DNA of 64,000 nucleotides from IMG/VR virus record IMGVR_UViG_2757320666_000001, positions 24,422-88,421 of that record, one strand, 5' to 3'. Under the pieces are notes generated by a model that ran no database searches, was not told the DNA's origin, and saw only the letters and a program-made list of their open reading frames with translations. This DNA comes from a virus (lineage: Duplodnaviria > Caudoviricetes). Numbering within the stretch: the first letter of the stretch is position 1; every line of letters begins with the position of its first letter. The translations under genes were made by a program, and so were the position numbers. Below are positions 46,728 through 56,425 of the stretch, in pieces.

Positions 46728-47408
46728 TTAATTGTAATTCATCAATGCTTCCAATATAAACTGATAATCATTGCTTATTTTTGGTTCAAACAAGTTTTGT
46801 GGACTTCTTGCTGTATTAAAACCATTATTTTGAGTTTCTAAAATGTAACTCAAACCATCTGTTGATTTCTCAACCATACTATAAAATACAGATTCAAGTT
46901 TACCTTCTAACTGCATTTTAGTAGCCATATTACCAAGAACTTTTAATCTTTGCATTGTTTCATTTCCAGATTTGAAAGTTTCAATATGTCCTGTAATAAA
47001 AGCATATCTTTCATTTTCAAACATATTATTTTGCAAACCTAAATCAATGTGATTAGTAATTTCTTTGTAACTACTTGGTATAATATGGAAAGGATTTCTT
47101 GGATTAACTTTCTTTCCATACTCTGCATTTCCACCTTCCCAAACAGGATTTTTGTTATCAGCATTATACCAAATATTAGTATCATGCTTCAAAGTTCTCA
47201 TACCAGAAGATTTACCTGTACCAGGTTCTCCAAGTATTAAAACTAATTCAAATCCTCTTCTTTGTAGGTCTCCAATAAAAGTATAGATGTCCATTCCATA
47301 ATCTTTCCACTTGTCATGCCCAGCTTTCTTTTTATCTCTCATGTATTCTTCATTCTGAATACCAGTAAGAGTATCAACACAAATTGTTCTTATTTTTGTA
47401 TCTGACAT
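46728..47408 (-). CDS. AAA_24/Sak4-like P-loop ATPase with permuted motif order
   Basis: ICVDTL (Walker B-like, aa 9-14) precedes LILGEPGTGKS (Walker A, aa 57-67); then FITGH, LEG, TQNNG..TARSP. Confidence 0.75.
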   Translation of the reverse strand: MSDTKIRTICVDTLTGIQNEEYMRDKKKAGHDKWKDYGMDIYTFIGDLQRRGFELVLILGEPGTGKSSGMRTLKHDTNIWYNADNKNPVWEGGNAEYGKKVNPRNPFHIIPSSYKEITNHIDLGLQNNMFENERYAFITGHIETFKSGNETMQRLKVLGNMATKMQLEGKLESVFYSMVEKSTDGLSYILETQNNGFNTARSPQNLFEPKISNDYQFILEALMNYN

Positions 47409-47410
47409 AC

Positions 47411-48622
47411 CTATTTAATTATTAATTGTTTAAATTTCTTGATTCCTCCTAACATATCAACTCTAAAATGTTTAGGATAGATAGTGTGCCTACTTTCTAC
47501 AAGATGAATACTTCTCATATAAGGATATAATAAATTATTTGCTCTGTCTTTAATCATTTTTCCAAAATGCTTTGTTAGATTATATCTATCATCATTTGGA
47601 TTAAAGATTGTAAGCATAACATCACAATCTTCTGCTAAATTACCAGTTTCTTTTACATCATCTGAATTAGGATAAAGCATATCATCTTGTTGTTTAATCC
47701 TGTTAGTATCTGTCATAGACCTATTAAGATGTATAATATGAACAAAACTATACTTAAAAGAAATTTTCATTTCTACAGCATATTCTGAAAATTTATCAAC
47801 AGTTTGTTTTGCATTAAATCCTCTTTCAGGAATAAGTTTTCTTAAATGGTCAGTAATAACAAAAGTATATTTTTCAGGATTACTTGGTTCATATTTCACA
47901 ATTCTTTTATGAATTTTACCATCAGCTCCTGTAAATTTACTATAAGTTATTTTACCATTTAATTCAGCATGTTTTATTAATGAATTTCTAATACCAGTAG
48001 GATTGTCTTTATTTTCAAAAAAACTAATTATACCTTTTTTTATAAGGTCTCCTTTGACATCATATTCTCCAAATAAAGGAATTATTCTATTTTCATATAC
48101 AGTTTTAATTGCTTCAAAAATGGAAGGTTTGACTTTAATCATCTTACCATTATCATCAGATAAAATACCTCTTAAATAGTTAGAAGATAATTCAATGATA
48201 TTTTTTCCTTCGTATAAAACACCTTCATCTAAACTGATATTTTGAATACCAAAATCATAGTTTAAGAAATGAGCAACAAAATCAAATTCTTTACTAATTC
48301 TATCTATCTCATAAGAATAATAAATTATTTCTAAATCAATATAAGAAATGTTATGAATAGATTTGATTTGCTCTTTAGTAAAACCATCATTTAAGAGTTT
48401 CAAATATGTGAAATTATTATTAATAACAAATAAACAAGGACCTATAACAAAACCAGCATCAACAAGTGTTGATTTACCACCTTTAGCTGCACCAGCAACA
48501 ACATAAATCATTGCTCTTTGTAAATCATTAATAGCAGCAGAAATGTTTTCCAAACCTTCTCCCATAGGAAGACCTTTATTTGCTCCCTCTTGTCCTTTTT
48601 TATATGCTTCAATAAGATTCAT
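47411..48622 (-). CDS. DnaB-like (SF4) replicative helicase
   Basis: VAGAAKGGKST, VITDHLRK, IHLNRS, DVKETGNLAEDCDVMLTIFNP, HLVESR. Confidence 0.8.
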   Translation of the reverse strand: MNLIEAYKKGQEGANKGLPMGEGLENISAAINDLQRAMIYVVAGAAKGGKSTLVDAGFVIGPCLFVINNNFTYLKLLNDGFTKEQIKSIHNISYIDLEIIYYSYEIDRISKEFDFVAHFLNYDFGIQNISLDEGVLYEGKNIIELSSNYLRGILSDDNGKMIKVKPSIFEAIKTVYENRIIPLFGEYDVKGDLIKKGIISFFENKDNPTGIRNSLIKHAELNGKITYSKFTGADGKIHKRIVKYEPSNPEKYTFVITDHLRKLIPERGFNAKQTVDKFSEYAVEMKISFKYSFVHIIHLNRSMTDTNRIKQQDDMLYPNSDDVKETGNLAEDCDVMLTIFNPNDDRYNLTKHFGKMIKDRANNLLYPYMRSIHLVESRHTIYPKHFRVDMLGGIKKFKQLIIK

Positions 48623-49158
48623 TACATCATTGTATTATTTGAACCACTTCTACCATTTTCAGAAACAGTCATTTCTTTGTATCTATTTACCCATTCTAAT
48701 AAATGTGATACTTTTTCAGCACCTTGACCTTCATAAATAAATTTATGAGAAGTCTTTAAATACATAGGTTGTGTAACTGTTCTTAAATACATTTTAGTAG
48801 CTTCCATTACTTCATCTTGTCTGATTGCTGGATTATTGATAAAGAAGGTTTTCATTCTTGCAGCAACATTTCGATAAGTTCCTTTTCTGTCCTTATTGAT
48901 ATTACCAAATTCTTCCATCCAATCTTTTACCCATTCAAAACCAGTAACTTGCTCTTCAAATAAAGGAACATTCCAATCAAGAGTTTTAGATTTTTCATCT
49001 AAAACTAATATTCTTGTTCTGTTCATTTTTTCTACTAAAGCTAAAGGTGTATAAGAAGGTTTTACATCATAATAAATAGATAACAAGTAAGCTATGCCAT
49101 CATTCACAGGAATACCAAAAGTTTTTAGTACAACATTTATTTCTGGATTTATTAGCAT
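48622..49158 (-). CDS. Hypothetical protein upstream of DnaB (possible loader or initiator)
   Basis: 178 aa, TAATG-coupled to the DnaB-like gene; function inferred from position only. Confidence 0.4.
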   Translation of the reverse strand: MLINPEINVVLKTFGIPVNDGIAYLLSIYYDVKPSYTPLALVEKMNRTRILVLDEKSKTLDWNVPLFEEQVTGFEWVKDWMEEFGNINKDRKGTYRNVAARMKTFFINNPAIRQDEVMEATKMYLRTVTQPMYLKTSHKFIYEGQGAEKVSHLLEWVNRYKEMTVSENGRSGSNNTMM

Positions 49159-49355
49159 AATTGTTTTTCTTTTTGGATTAATAATTCTATCTCAACAGTT
49201 TCCTCATAAGAAAAAGTCCTATTTTCATCATTAATTACAGTAATCTGTTCTTTGGTAAACATTGCACCAGGATTATCTGTTTTAGATAAAATAGAATTTC
49301 TTTTCAAATTGGTAATTTTATTGAGTTGTCCATTTTTATATAATCTTACATTCAT
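49152..49355 (-). CDS. Hypothetical protein
   Basis: 67 aa, coupled at both ends. Confidence 0.5.
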   Translation of the reverse strand: MNVRLYKNGQLNKITNLKRNSILSKTDNPGAMFTKEQITVINDENRTFSYEETVEIELLIQKEKQLC

Positions 49356-50596
49356 TACTTTTTTTGTTTTAAAGATTCATAACTGATATGCTCTATTTTA
49401 GATTGGTCAAAATTAGCTAATGCTACATTAGACCACACTTCATCTTGTGTTTCATCACAAACAATAATCCAAATATGAGCTTCATGTCCAGGTCTAAATC
49501 TAATTAATCTTCCTATTCTTTGAATTAAGTCTTTTTCTTTTGAATTTAATTGAAGAATTAATCCTCCATCTAATCCAATAAAATTATGACCTTCATTGAT
49601 AGCTTTTACACAAGATAATTTTTTAATTTCATCTTTTTTAAAAGCATTATAGAAAGTATCTCCTGATTTAGAGTGAAAAGTTTCTTTACAAATTTTCTCT
49701 GCTTTTTCTATACTACCACAAAATATCAGAGTTCTGTCCTCTTTATCTATATGATTATTTAGAATATATTGAGCAGCAATAAATTTACTTTCAAGATTAT
49801 ATATAAATCTCATTCTGTTAAAAGTAGAAGTTTGACCAGGTCTTGTAAGACATAAAGTAGATAAATAGTTATATTTAGCTAATTCTGTTTGAAAGAATGG
49901 TTTTTCTTTAGTACCAGATTGAACATTTTTACTAACATTGTCCAATTTTGTATGGACAACAGTAATCTTATATGGAGCAACAAATCCTAACTTAACAGCA
50001 TCATCTAATGTTAAACTATAAACTACATGAATACCTAATCTTTGAAAAATAGCTAATTTTTCTTCATCATTTGGCACAGTAGCTGTTAAAGCTATAACAT
50101 TTTCAATATGATTGTTACTAAACAATTCAGATGCTAATTCAGTCATATTATGACATTCATCAAGAACACCAGTATTAAAATCAAAATCTTCAATTTTAGA
50201 AGCAGAAGCATAACATAATTTTTCAGTTTTGTCATATAAAGACAATCCTTTCCATTTATCAAATTCTTCTTTCCAATTTTCATCTCTTAATTTCTCTGTT
50301 GGTACAACTAAAACATTGTCATAATTAGAACCTTGAGGATTGTAATATTTTAATAAATCAATAGCAACTTTACTTTTTCCACTACCAGTAGCCATAGCTA
50401 CAAGACCTCTCCCTCCTGCATCAATAACTGCCCACATAGCTTCTCTTTGTACAATAGCTCTGACTTTATTAACAAAGGTTGTTACCTCTTCTTCTGTTGT
50501 TAATGCTTCTCTTAATGATAAAACATCATCTACACATTCTAAAATAGATTTGTGTTTTTTAAGTAGCAAATTTAACTTTTTTAAAACTTCTTTCAT
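49355..50596 (-). CDS. Superfamily 2 helicase (UvsW/ResIII-like)
   Basis: MATGSGKS, VVPT, LDECH, ALTAT, INEGHN, IQRIGRLIR. Confidence 0.88.
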   Translation of the reverse strand: MKEVLKKLNLLLKKHKSILECVDDVLSLREALTTEEEVTTFVNKVRAIVQREAMWAVIDAGGRGLVAMATGSGKSKVAIDLLKYYNPQGSNYDNVLVVPTEKLRDENWKEEFDKWKGLSLYDKTEKLCYASASKIEDFDFNTGVLDECHNMTELASELFSNNHIENVIALTATVPNDEEKLAIFQRLGIHVVYSLTLDDAVKLGFVAPYKITVVHTKLDNVSKNVQSGTKEKPFFQTELAKYNYLSTLCLTRPGQTSTFNRMRFIYNLESKFIAAQYILNNHIDKEDRTLIFCGSIEKAEKICKETFHSKSGDTFYNAFKKDEIKKLSCVKAINEGHNFIGLDGGLILQLNSKEKDLIQRIGRLIRFRPGHEAHIWIIVCDETQDEVWSNVALANFDQSKIEHISYESLKQKK

Positions 50597-50597
50597 G

Positions 50598-50825
50598 TTA
50601 AAAACTTTTTTTATACCTAAAAGGTAAGATTATAATTTCTGCTTTGAGATTATCAGGTAAATTCATATTCTGAAATACTGAATGTGTTTTATCAGAAATG
50701 ATTTGTAAAGGATATACTTCTATATCATACAACTCATTGATTATCATACTTAATGATTTAGCATCAAATACAACAATTGGACCAAGTAATTCAAAATTAA
50801 ATACCATTATTTCTCTCAATAACAT
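50598..50825 (-). CDS. Hypothetical protein
   Basis: 75 aa, overlapping the PolB stop. Confidence 0.4.
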   Translation of the reverse strand: MLLREIMVFNFELLGPIVVFDAKSLSMIINELYDIEVYPLQIISDKTHSVFQNMNLPDNLKAEIIILPFRYKKSF

Positions 50826-52908
50826 TAATAATTTTGTAAACTTCTGCTATATAGTAAGGATAATAAATAATTTTCTTTATTTCTTCATCTGTTATCATTT
50901 GATTGATAACAGTACATAGAAAACCAGCTTCATAATTATTATGTCTTATCTTTTTTACCAGTTGTTTAAATTCTTCAAAACTCCCTTCATAACCTTGTTC
51001 AATAGTAGCAAAAGAATAAGCATCTCTTAATTTCTTACTATCTTTAGGTTCAATTGGGGGCATTTCTTTTATTAGTGATATACCTTGACCTACATTATGA
51101 TATTTTTTAGTTTCTTTAGTATAAACTACTTCTCCACTTATTAAATATCTTGTAATTCTCTGAATCTCGTTATCAGAAACTACATTTCCATCTTCATCAT
51201 AAACTACAGTTAAAAGTCTATCAGTTTTATTAACTTTAGTTCTTTTAAAAAAGTCATATAAATCTGTATGATTGTAAATAAAAGTTTGAACATCTATTCC
51301 ATGAACAAAATAGGCTTCAAGAGCTTTAGGTATAACTAACATAGAAAAGTTCTTATGTAATTCAAGTTCATATTCATAAGTACCTTTCCTTTTGACACCA
51401 CCATAGTCATAAATTGCAAGGTAATTATTCACATTACTGATTACCATTTTAGAATAAAATGCTTCTTCTAAAATTAAACCTGTTAAGGATTCCCATCTCT
51501 TACAGATTAATCTGAACAATTCTAAATCTTTTTTCTTAATCCTCATAGTTAAACCATCAGTATTAATTTGTAACATTTCATAGAAAGATAATTCTATGGT
51601 TAATGTTTCAGCCAACATACATAAAAGTAATTGACCATTTACACAAGTTTGAACTACATATTGCTTATCACATAAAGGACTAAATTCACTACCTCCCTTA
51701 CCATAAGAACCATTCCCTGCTAATTTCATTGATGTGTTTTCAGGAGTTTTCTTTGGATATAGTTTTCGTTCTTCTTTAATTTCTTTATGTACTTCTGCAT
51801 ATACTCCTTTCAAATGTTCAGGTTCAAAGTTGAATTTTTCAGACATACTTGGATAATATCCAGCTACATCAATATCAACTATCAATTCATCTTCTTCTGG
51901 TGTATAACAACCAGAATCAATTGAACCATGAATACCACCTACTCCAAAATCATACTGAAATCCTTTATATACAATGTTTAAATTTTTCTGCTTCCCAACA
52001 GTTTTATTTACAAAGTAATAAGGTTCTAATGATACTAAATCTTCAAAAGGAATTTTGCTGAAAACACCATTTAATTCTTTTATTGTTTTAGTTTTAAACC
52101 AATTAAGAATCCTTTGAAATGGTTCTTCTCTGAAAACAATAAAAGGAAGTATGGTATCTCCTATATTTATTGATTCTCGAATAGTATTTCTTGGTAATTT
52201 TCTAATTCCTCCAGATTGAGTTTCAAATTCAGTATAAATAAGATGTTCCCCTGCTTTTTGGATAATTTTACTAATAAAAATATGTTCTCCTATTTTTACA
52301 TCATTAAAATTTGTAAAATCAATGTTGTATTTGGGAGATAATACTTCTCTTAATTCAATTCCAGGTAGAGTTTTGAAAAAAGTTAATTCTGTAGCATCAA
52401 CATCATTATCACAATACTCAATTACTTTGTAAATTTCTTCTCTTGTCAAATAAGTTCCTACAGGATATGGTAACTCTTGTATATTATTCAACCTCAAATT
52501 AAATTGTAAAAGTTTTAAAGAAGTCATTTTGGCTTTATTATCAAAATGATTAATCTTGAATAAGTCAATTTGTTTTCTTAATGGAGTAATTGCTTTGCTG
52601 AATCCACTACCTTGTGTTTTAATTTTTTTATCACCAAACTTAAATATAGAAAGACAAGAATCTTGTGCTGACATATTCATACATTTAGTAATAAGATGAT
52701 GTAAAACAGGATAATCATAGAATAAATTATTAAATCCAATCATATTTTCTACATCATTCAATAACCATTTTGCTAAATCACCTCTTTCATCTGCTAAACA
52801 ACTGATTTGAAATTTCTTTCTTTCCTTTGTAAAAGGATTTTTGGCAGATAATAAGAATAAATTAGGATATGATTCTTCATCATATATCCAAGTAGATTGT
52901 TGATTCAT
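50797..52908 (-). CDS. Family B DNA polymerase with 3'-5' exonuclease
   Basis: Exo motifs YDEE, GFNNLFYD, YCDND; polymerase motifs DIDVAGYYPS, KLAGNGSYG, INTDG. Confidence 0.92.
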   Translation of the reverse strand: MNQQSTWIYDEESYPNLFLLSAKNPFTKERKKFQISCLADERGDLAKWLLNDVENMIGFNNLFYDYPVLHHLITKCMNMSAQDSCLSIFKFGDKKIKTQGSGFSKAITPLRKQIDLFKINHFDNKAKMTSLKLLQFNLRLNNIQELPYPVGTYLTREEIYKVIEYCDNDVDATELTFFKTLPGIELREVLSPKYNIDFTNFNDVKIGEHIFISKIIQKAGEHLIYTEFETQSGGIRKLPRNTIRESINIGDTILPFIVFREEPFQRILNWFKTKTIKELNGVFSKIPFEDLVSLEPYYFVNKTVGKQKNLNIVYKGFQYDFGVGGIHGSIDSGCYTPEEDELIVDIDVAGYYPSMSEKFNFEPEHLKGVYAEVHKEIKEERKLYPKKTPENTSMKLAGNGSYGKGGSEFSPLCDKQYVVQTCVNGQLLLCMLAETLTIELSFYEMLQINTDGLTMRIKKKDLELFRLICKRWESLTGLILEEAFYSKMVISNVNNYLAIYDYGGVKRKGTYEYELELHKNFSMLVIPKALEAYFVHGIDVQTFIYNHTDLYDFFKRTKVNKTDRLLTVVYDEDGNVVSDNEIQRITRYLISGEVVYTKETKKYHNVGQGISLIKEMPPIEPKDSKKLRDAYSFATIEQGYEGSFEEFKQLVKKIRHNNYEAGFLCTVINQMITDEEIKKIIYYPYYIAEVYKIINVIERNNGI

Positions 52909-52910
52909 AA

Positions 52911-53144
52911 TTATTTATAATTTTTCCCAACACCTTTATATGAAGTATCTTTTCTAGAAAGTTTATGAATTTTAAAAAATCTTCTTCTATTTGATAACAT
53001 TAAATTCTGTTGAGGTCTTGGTTGTTTGTGTTTAGGATGTATTTTTTCTTTTTCAAATATATAAAACTCTGGAGTATATATAGTATGATATTGTGGAATA
53101 AATCCAAGATAACCAATAAGATAAGTAAATTGTTTTACAGCCAT
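52911..53144 (-). CDS. Small basic hypothetical protein
   Basis: 77 aa, K/R-rich C-terminus. Confidence 0.45.
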   Translation of the reverse strand: MAVKQFTYLIGYLGFIPQYHTIYTPEFYIFEKEKIHPKHKQPRPQQNLMLSNRRRFFKIHKLSRKDTSYKGVGKNYK

Positions 53145-53150
53145 AGTAGT

Positions 53151-53549
53151 TTAGTAATCTAATATTCCTGAATCTCGTATTTTCTCATACAATTCTATTT
53201 TCTGTGAAGGAAATAAAATTGTATCATCTATGTATCTTTTAAGAGATTCTTTCCTATCTGAAATGGTTAATAAATTAGTTGTTTTCAAAGTTGCTTCAAT
53301 TCTACTCATAAGTTCTAAAACATAAGTAGCTCCTTTTTTCATGTGTTCAGCATCTTCTGAATTAACAGCAAATACTTTATTTACATAATTTTCAATATGA
53401 GGAATTGAATTTTTTACACTTTGTTTTGCTTTATGAGCTAATAATTTATTTTCCTCCATAATTTCAAATCTCTGTACTAACATAGATGCTAACACAAGAC
53501 TTTCAATCATTACATCACTTAATTCTTCGGAGGTTAATTTATCAGCCAT
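53151..53549 (-). CDS. Hypothetical protein
   Basis: Start re-assigned to MADKLTSEE at 53549, overlapping the DUF3127 stop. Confidence 0.5.
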   Translation of the reverse strand: MADKLTSEELSDVMIESLVLASMLVQRFEIMEENKLLAHKAKQSVKNSIPHIENYVNKVFAVNSEDAEHMKKGATYVLELMSRIEATLKTTNLLTISDRKESLKRYIDDTILFPSQKIELYEKIRDSGILDY

Positions 53550-53820
53550 TAGGTAAAATTTTAGAAGCAATAATATTATTATAAATCTTATCACCTTTAA
53601 TTGAACCTGCAAAATAATATTGTACTTTTACTTGCTCACCTATTTGCCATTCATTATCTAAATCAACTCTTGATTCAAAAAATACTACTTGTTTTTCATT
53701 AGTTTCTACACCAATTGTTCTTTTGCTAAATGGATTACCATCTCTTCTTTCTATTTGAACTACATCTGTTGATATAATTACTTTACCTTCTAAATTATAG
53801 GTTTTTCGATTGCTACTCAT
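53542..53820 (-). CDS. DUF3127-like OB-fold (SSB-like) protein
   Basis: GKV...DVVQI...G..FSKRTIGVET......FE.......IGEQVKVQY...G....YNNIIASKI. Confidence 0.7.
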   Translation of the reverse strand: MSSNRKTYNLEGKVIISTDVVQIERRDGNPFSKRTIGVETNEKQVVFFESRVDLDNEWQIGEQVKVQYYFAGSIKGDKIYNNIIASKILPNG

Positions 53821-53822
53821 GT

Positions 53823-54662
53823 TTAAACATTGTATAAAATTAATAAATCACTTGCTCTGGTTATACCTGTGTAAAATAATCTTGTTTTCTCTTTTTGGCT
53901 TGGATTGCGATTAATATTTCCAACATTAAGAATTGCTTGTTTATATGTACTTCCTTGTGATTTATGTACTGTAATAGCATGATTATATTTTACTTTAGCA
54001 AACCTGTCTTCAAAAGCATTTTTACTTGTCCATTTTAATTTCTTATTAAGACAACTGTATTTCATAAGAGTTAATACAGCATTTAATTGCTTTTCTGCAT
54101 CTTCATGTATTATGAATATTCCTTTCCAGACTAATTTACCATCATCCCATTCATCAACTTGCTTACCATTTATAACATAAGTTTTTAATGTAACAACATT
54201 GACTTTCATAGGACTTTCTTCCATCATAACATTAAATACCATATCAACAATATCAAGTTTATCAACTTTTATCTCTTGATTTGTAAAATAAGTTTGATAA
54301 GGTTCATCAAAGATAAGACTTTCTCCTAATTCAATTTTAGCTGGATTAGTATAAATTTTCTCTCTGACTAAAGTATTTATTTTATCTACTTCTTTGTTTT
54401 CCCAAGCAAGATATTTTAAATCATCTGAACCATTTATAGCAGCTAATTCAGAAACTATTTTGTCTTCATTAGTAGTATAAACAAATCCTTTGTCATCATT
54501 TAATCTTGCTTGTAAATCCCACATTGCACTCATATTTCTACTTAATGTAATAATAGGATTACCTTCTCCTTGTCTGATAATTTCAGTTAGTTCTACTTCT
54601 GGATAACCTTGTAAAAATACTGGACTTTCTTCTTCTTTTACTGGATTTATTTGCTTATCATC
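53823..54662 (-). CDS. RecD/Dda-like SF1B helicase, exon 2
   Basis: Begins DDKQINPV, completing motif III G|DxxQxxPV after splicing; LTEIIRQ, YNHAITVHKSQGST, YTGITRAS. Confidence 0.9.
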   Translation of the reverse strand, partial: DDKQINPVKEEESPVFLQGYPEVELTEIIRQGEGNPIITLSRNMSAMWDLQARLNDDKGFVYTTNEDKIVSELAAINGSDDLKYLAWENKEVDKINTLVREKIYTNPAKIELGESLIFDEPYQTYFTNQEIKVDKLDIVDMVFNVMMEESPMKVNVVTLKTYVINGKQVDEWDDGKLVWKGIFIIHEDAEKQLNAVLTLMKYSCLNKKLKWTSKNAFEDRFAKVKYNHAITVHKSQGSTYKQAILNVGNINRNPSQKEKTRLFYTGITRASDLLILYNV

Positions 54663-55861
54663 CATTTCTTTGTAATATTATCTTTATATGGTAATTACTT
54701 CCATACTAAATATTACCTATATATTTCTATATAGATTAGACTATATCTTATTTATTCATATTTCCACAAAAATCCTTTATGTGTTTTTTTATCTCCTCTG
54801 CAAACTTGTGCAACATTATTAGGATAAAAACCATCTATTTTTGTTTCCATAGTTGAGTTATATTTTTTTATAATAACATTTGTGATAACATCTATTTGCA
54901 AAACAACTTTTTTATTGTTTTTAGATAACTTAATAATATAATTGTTATTTGTATAATTTTCTTTATAAGTATAAAAGAAACCGTTTAATTGATTTCTCCT
55001 ACCATTACAAACTTGATAAACACCTTTAACTTTATTATCTATTTCAGCTTCTTTAAGACTTCCATATTCACAAATATAATTACCTTTTAAATCAAGTTTT
55101 ACAACAGCTTTAGAAATTGAATTGTTTGAACCTTTATTACCAAAATTAGGATTTGTGTTTCCGAATAATTGTTTTCCAAAATAATTAATTCTATTTCCAG
55201 TATTTTGTAATATTTCTAAATTATTTTTAAAATAATTAGATTTATTAATTTTTTCTTTGTCTGTGTAAATTCTTCCTGAAACACCTTCTCCTCCATTTGT
55301 AAGATTTACTAATGTCCCTTGATGTAATCCTTTTCTGCCAAAATAATCAATCCAATAAATTTCTTTTTGAAAACATTCGTCTTCATCTAAATTTATTTCT
55401 TCTATTTTTATATAATAACCATATTTATTTACAATATTATTCCACCATTTTGACCTGTTAGATTTATGTAAACATCTGTTTTTATTACCTTTCCCTACAT
55501 AAAAAGGTACATTATCTAATGTATAATGTATATAAATATAAAATTTATTATTTTGTATAAAGTGTTCTTGATTTATAATATAACTCACAGGATTTATTTG
55601 TTTGTACAAATGTAAACAAATAAATCCGAATAAATCCTACCTTTTCCATTAAAATTAATTATATTTTAATGTACTCCATTTCTGGATAGTCGTTGAACCT
55701 TATTCCTTAACTTAATAGTAGGAATCTTGGCTGCTGATTGCCCATTCCGCCATACTTGTCTCTTTTACTATACTATAATCATTACTGTTATAGGGAGTGT
55801 ACAAATCTTTAGGGGTTTCCAGTCAATTAAATAGGTTTTATATCGGCAATGATAAATTTTT
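54663..55861 (-). ncRNA. Group I self-splicing intron (IA2-like), 1199 nt
   Basis: Exon 1 ends in U and pairs UAUCGGU with GCCGAUA (P1, U.G at the splice site). P10 UUUAUCAUU pairs with exon 2 GAUGAUAAG. Conserved Q (GCAAUCAGCAGCC), R (GUUCAACGACUA) and S (AAGAUAUAGUCU) elements; P7.1 and P7.2 hairpins; P9 with GAAA loop; terminal G at 54663. Confidence 0.93.
54752..55609 (-). CDS. Intron-encoded GIY-YIG-type homing endonuclease with NUMOD1-like C-terminal repeats
   Basis: FYIYIH...PFYVGKG...R; C-terminal KAVVKLDLKGNYICEYGSLKEAE and KKVVLQID...THKGFLWKY repeats; lies in the P8 loop; TTG start uncertain. Confidence 0.85.
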   Translation of the reverse strand: MYKQINPVSYIINQEHFIQNNKFYIYIHYTLDNVPFYVGKGNKNRCLHKSNRSKWWNNIVNKYGYYIKIEEINLDEDECFQKEIYWIDYFGRKGLHQGTLVNLTNGGEGVSGRIYTDKEKINKSNYFKNNLEILQNTGNRINYFGKQLFGNTNPNFGNKGSNNSISKAVVKLDLKGNYICEYGSLKEAEIDNKVKGVYQVCNGRRNQLNGFFYTYKENYTNNNYIIKLSKNNKKVVLQIDVITNVIIKKYNSTMETKIDGFYPNNVAQVCRGDKKTHKGFLWKYE

Positions 55862-56326
55862 ACCGATAAATATAACAGTTGTTTTATTTATTGTTGCATG
55901 TTCTTCTATCCAGCCTAACATTTCTTCTCCAATCATAGATGATTCATCTATAATTAAAAGAGCTACACCAACTAAAGGCATATATTTAGGATTATTTGAT
56001 AATAAAGGTTGAAAGTGTTTAATACCTGTATTTTTATCAGTAACCATTCCTATTTTTAAAGCAGAATGAATAGTAATTAAACTTAAATTTTTAATTTCTT
56101 CTCTTTCAGTAATTTTTCCAGCTAATACTGAAACAGCTTTATTTGTAGGAGCAGAACAATAAATAGATTTGTATTTAGGAATACCTTTTGATAAAATTTT
56201 AAGTAATTCATCTACCATATAAGTTTTCCCAACTCCAGCACTACCTTTAATCAATAATCTCTTTGAAGTTTCAAGTATCTCTAATGCACTACTTAAAACT
56301 TCTGATTGATGGCTTGTTAATCCCAT
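55862..56326 (-). CDS. RecD/Dda-like SF1B helicase, exon 1
   Basis: GSAGVGKT, APTNKAV, TIHSAL, IIDESSMI, VIFIG; the spliced product would be 434 aa. Confidence 0.9.
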
Positions 56327-56374
56327 TTGAATAATTTTTCATATTAATAAATTTATTTTTAACATTAGTAAAAA

Positions 56375-56408
56375 AACAGAAAGTGAAGAAAAATCTTCAC
56401 TTTCTGTT
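56375..56408 (-). terminator. Intrinsic terminator
   Basis: AACAGAAAGTGAAGA / TCTTCACTTTCTGTT 15-bp stem followed by a T-run on the minus strand. Confidence 0.7.
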
Positions 56409-56425
56409 AAAATTTATGAATTAAA

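Noticed and set aside
47411-52908. Inteins in DnaB-like helicase or PolB
   Set aside because: Sizes are normal, and there are no C/S...HN splice motifs or LAGLIDADG blocks.
53823-54665. A stand-alone 280-aa helicase starting at the ATG at 54665
   Set aside because: The G of that ATG is the intron's terminal omega-G; the sequence is exon 2 of the spliced helicase.
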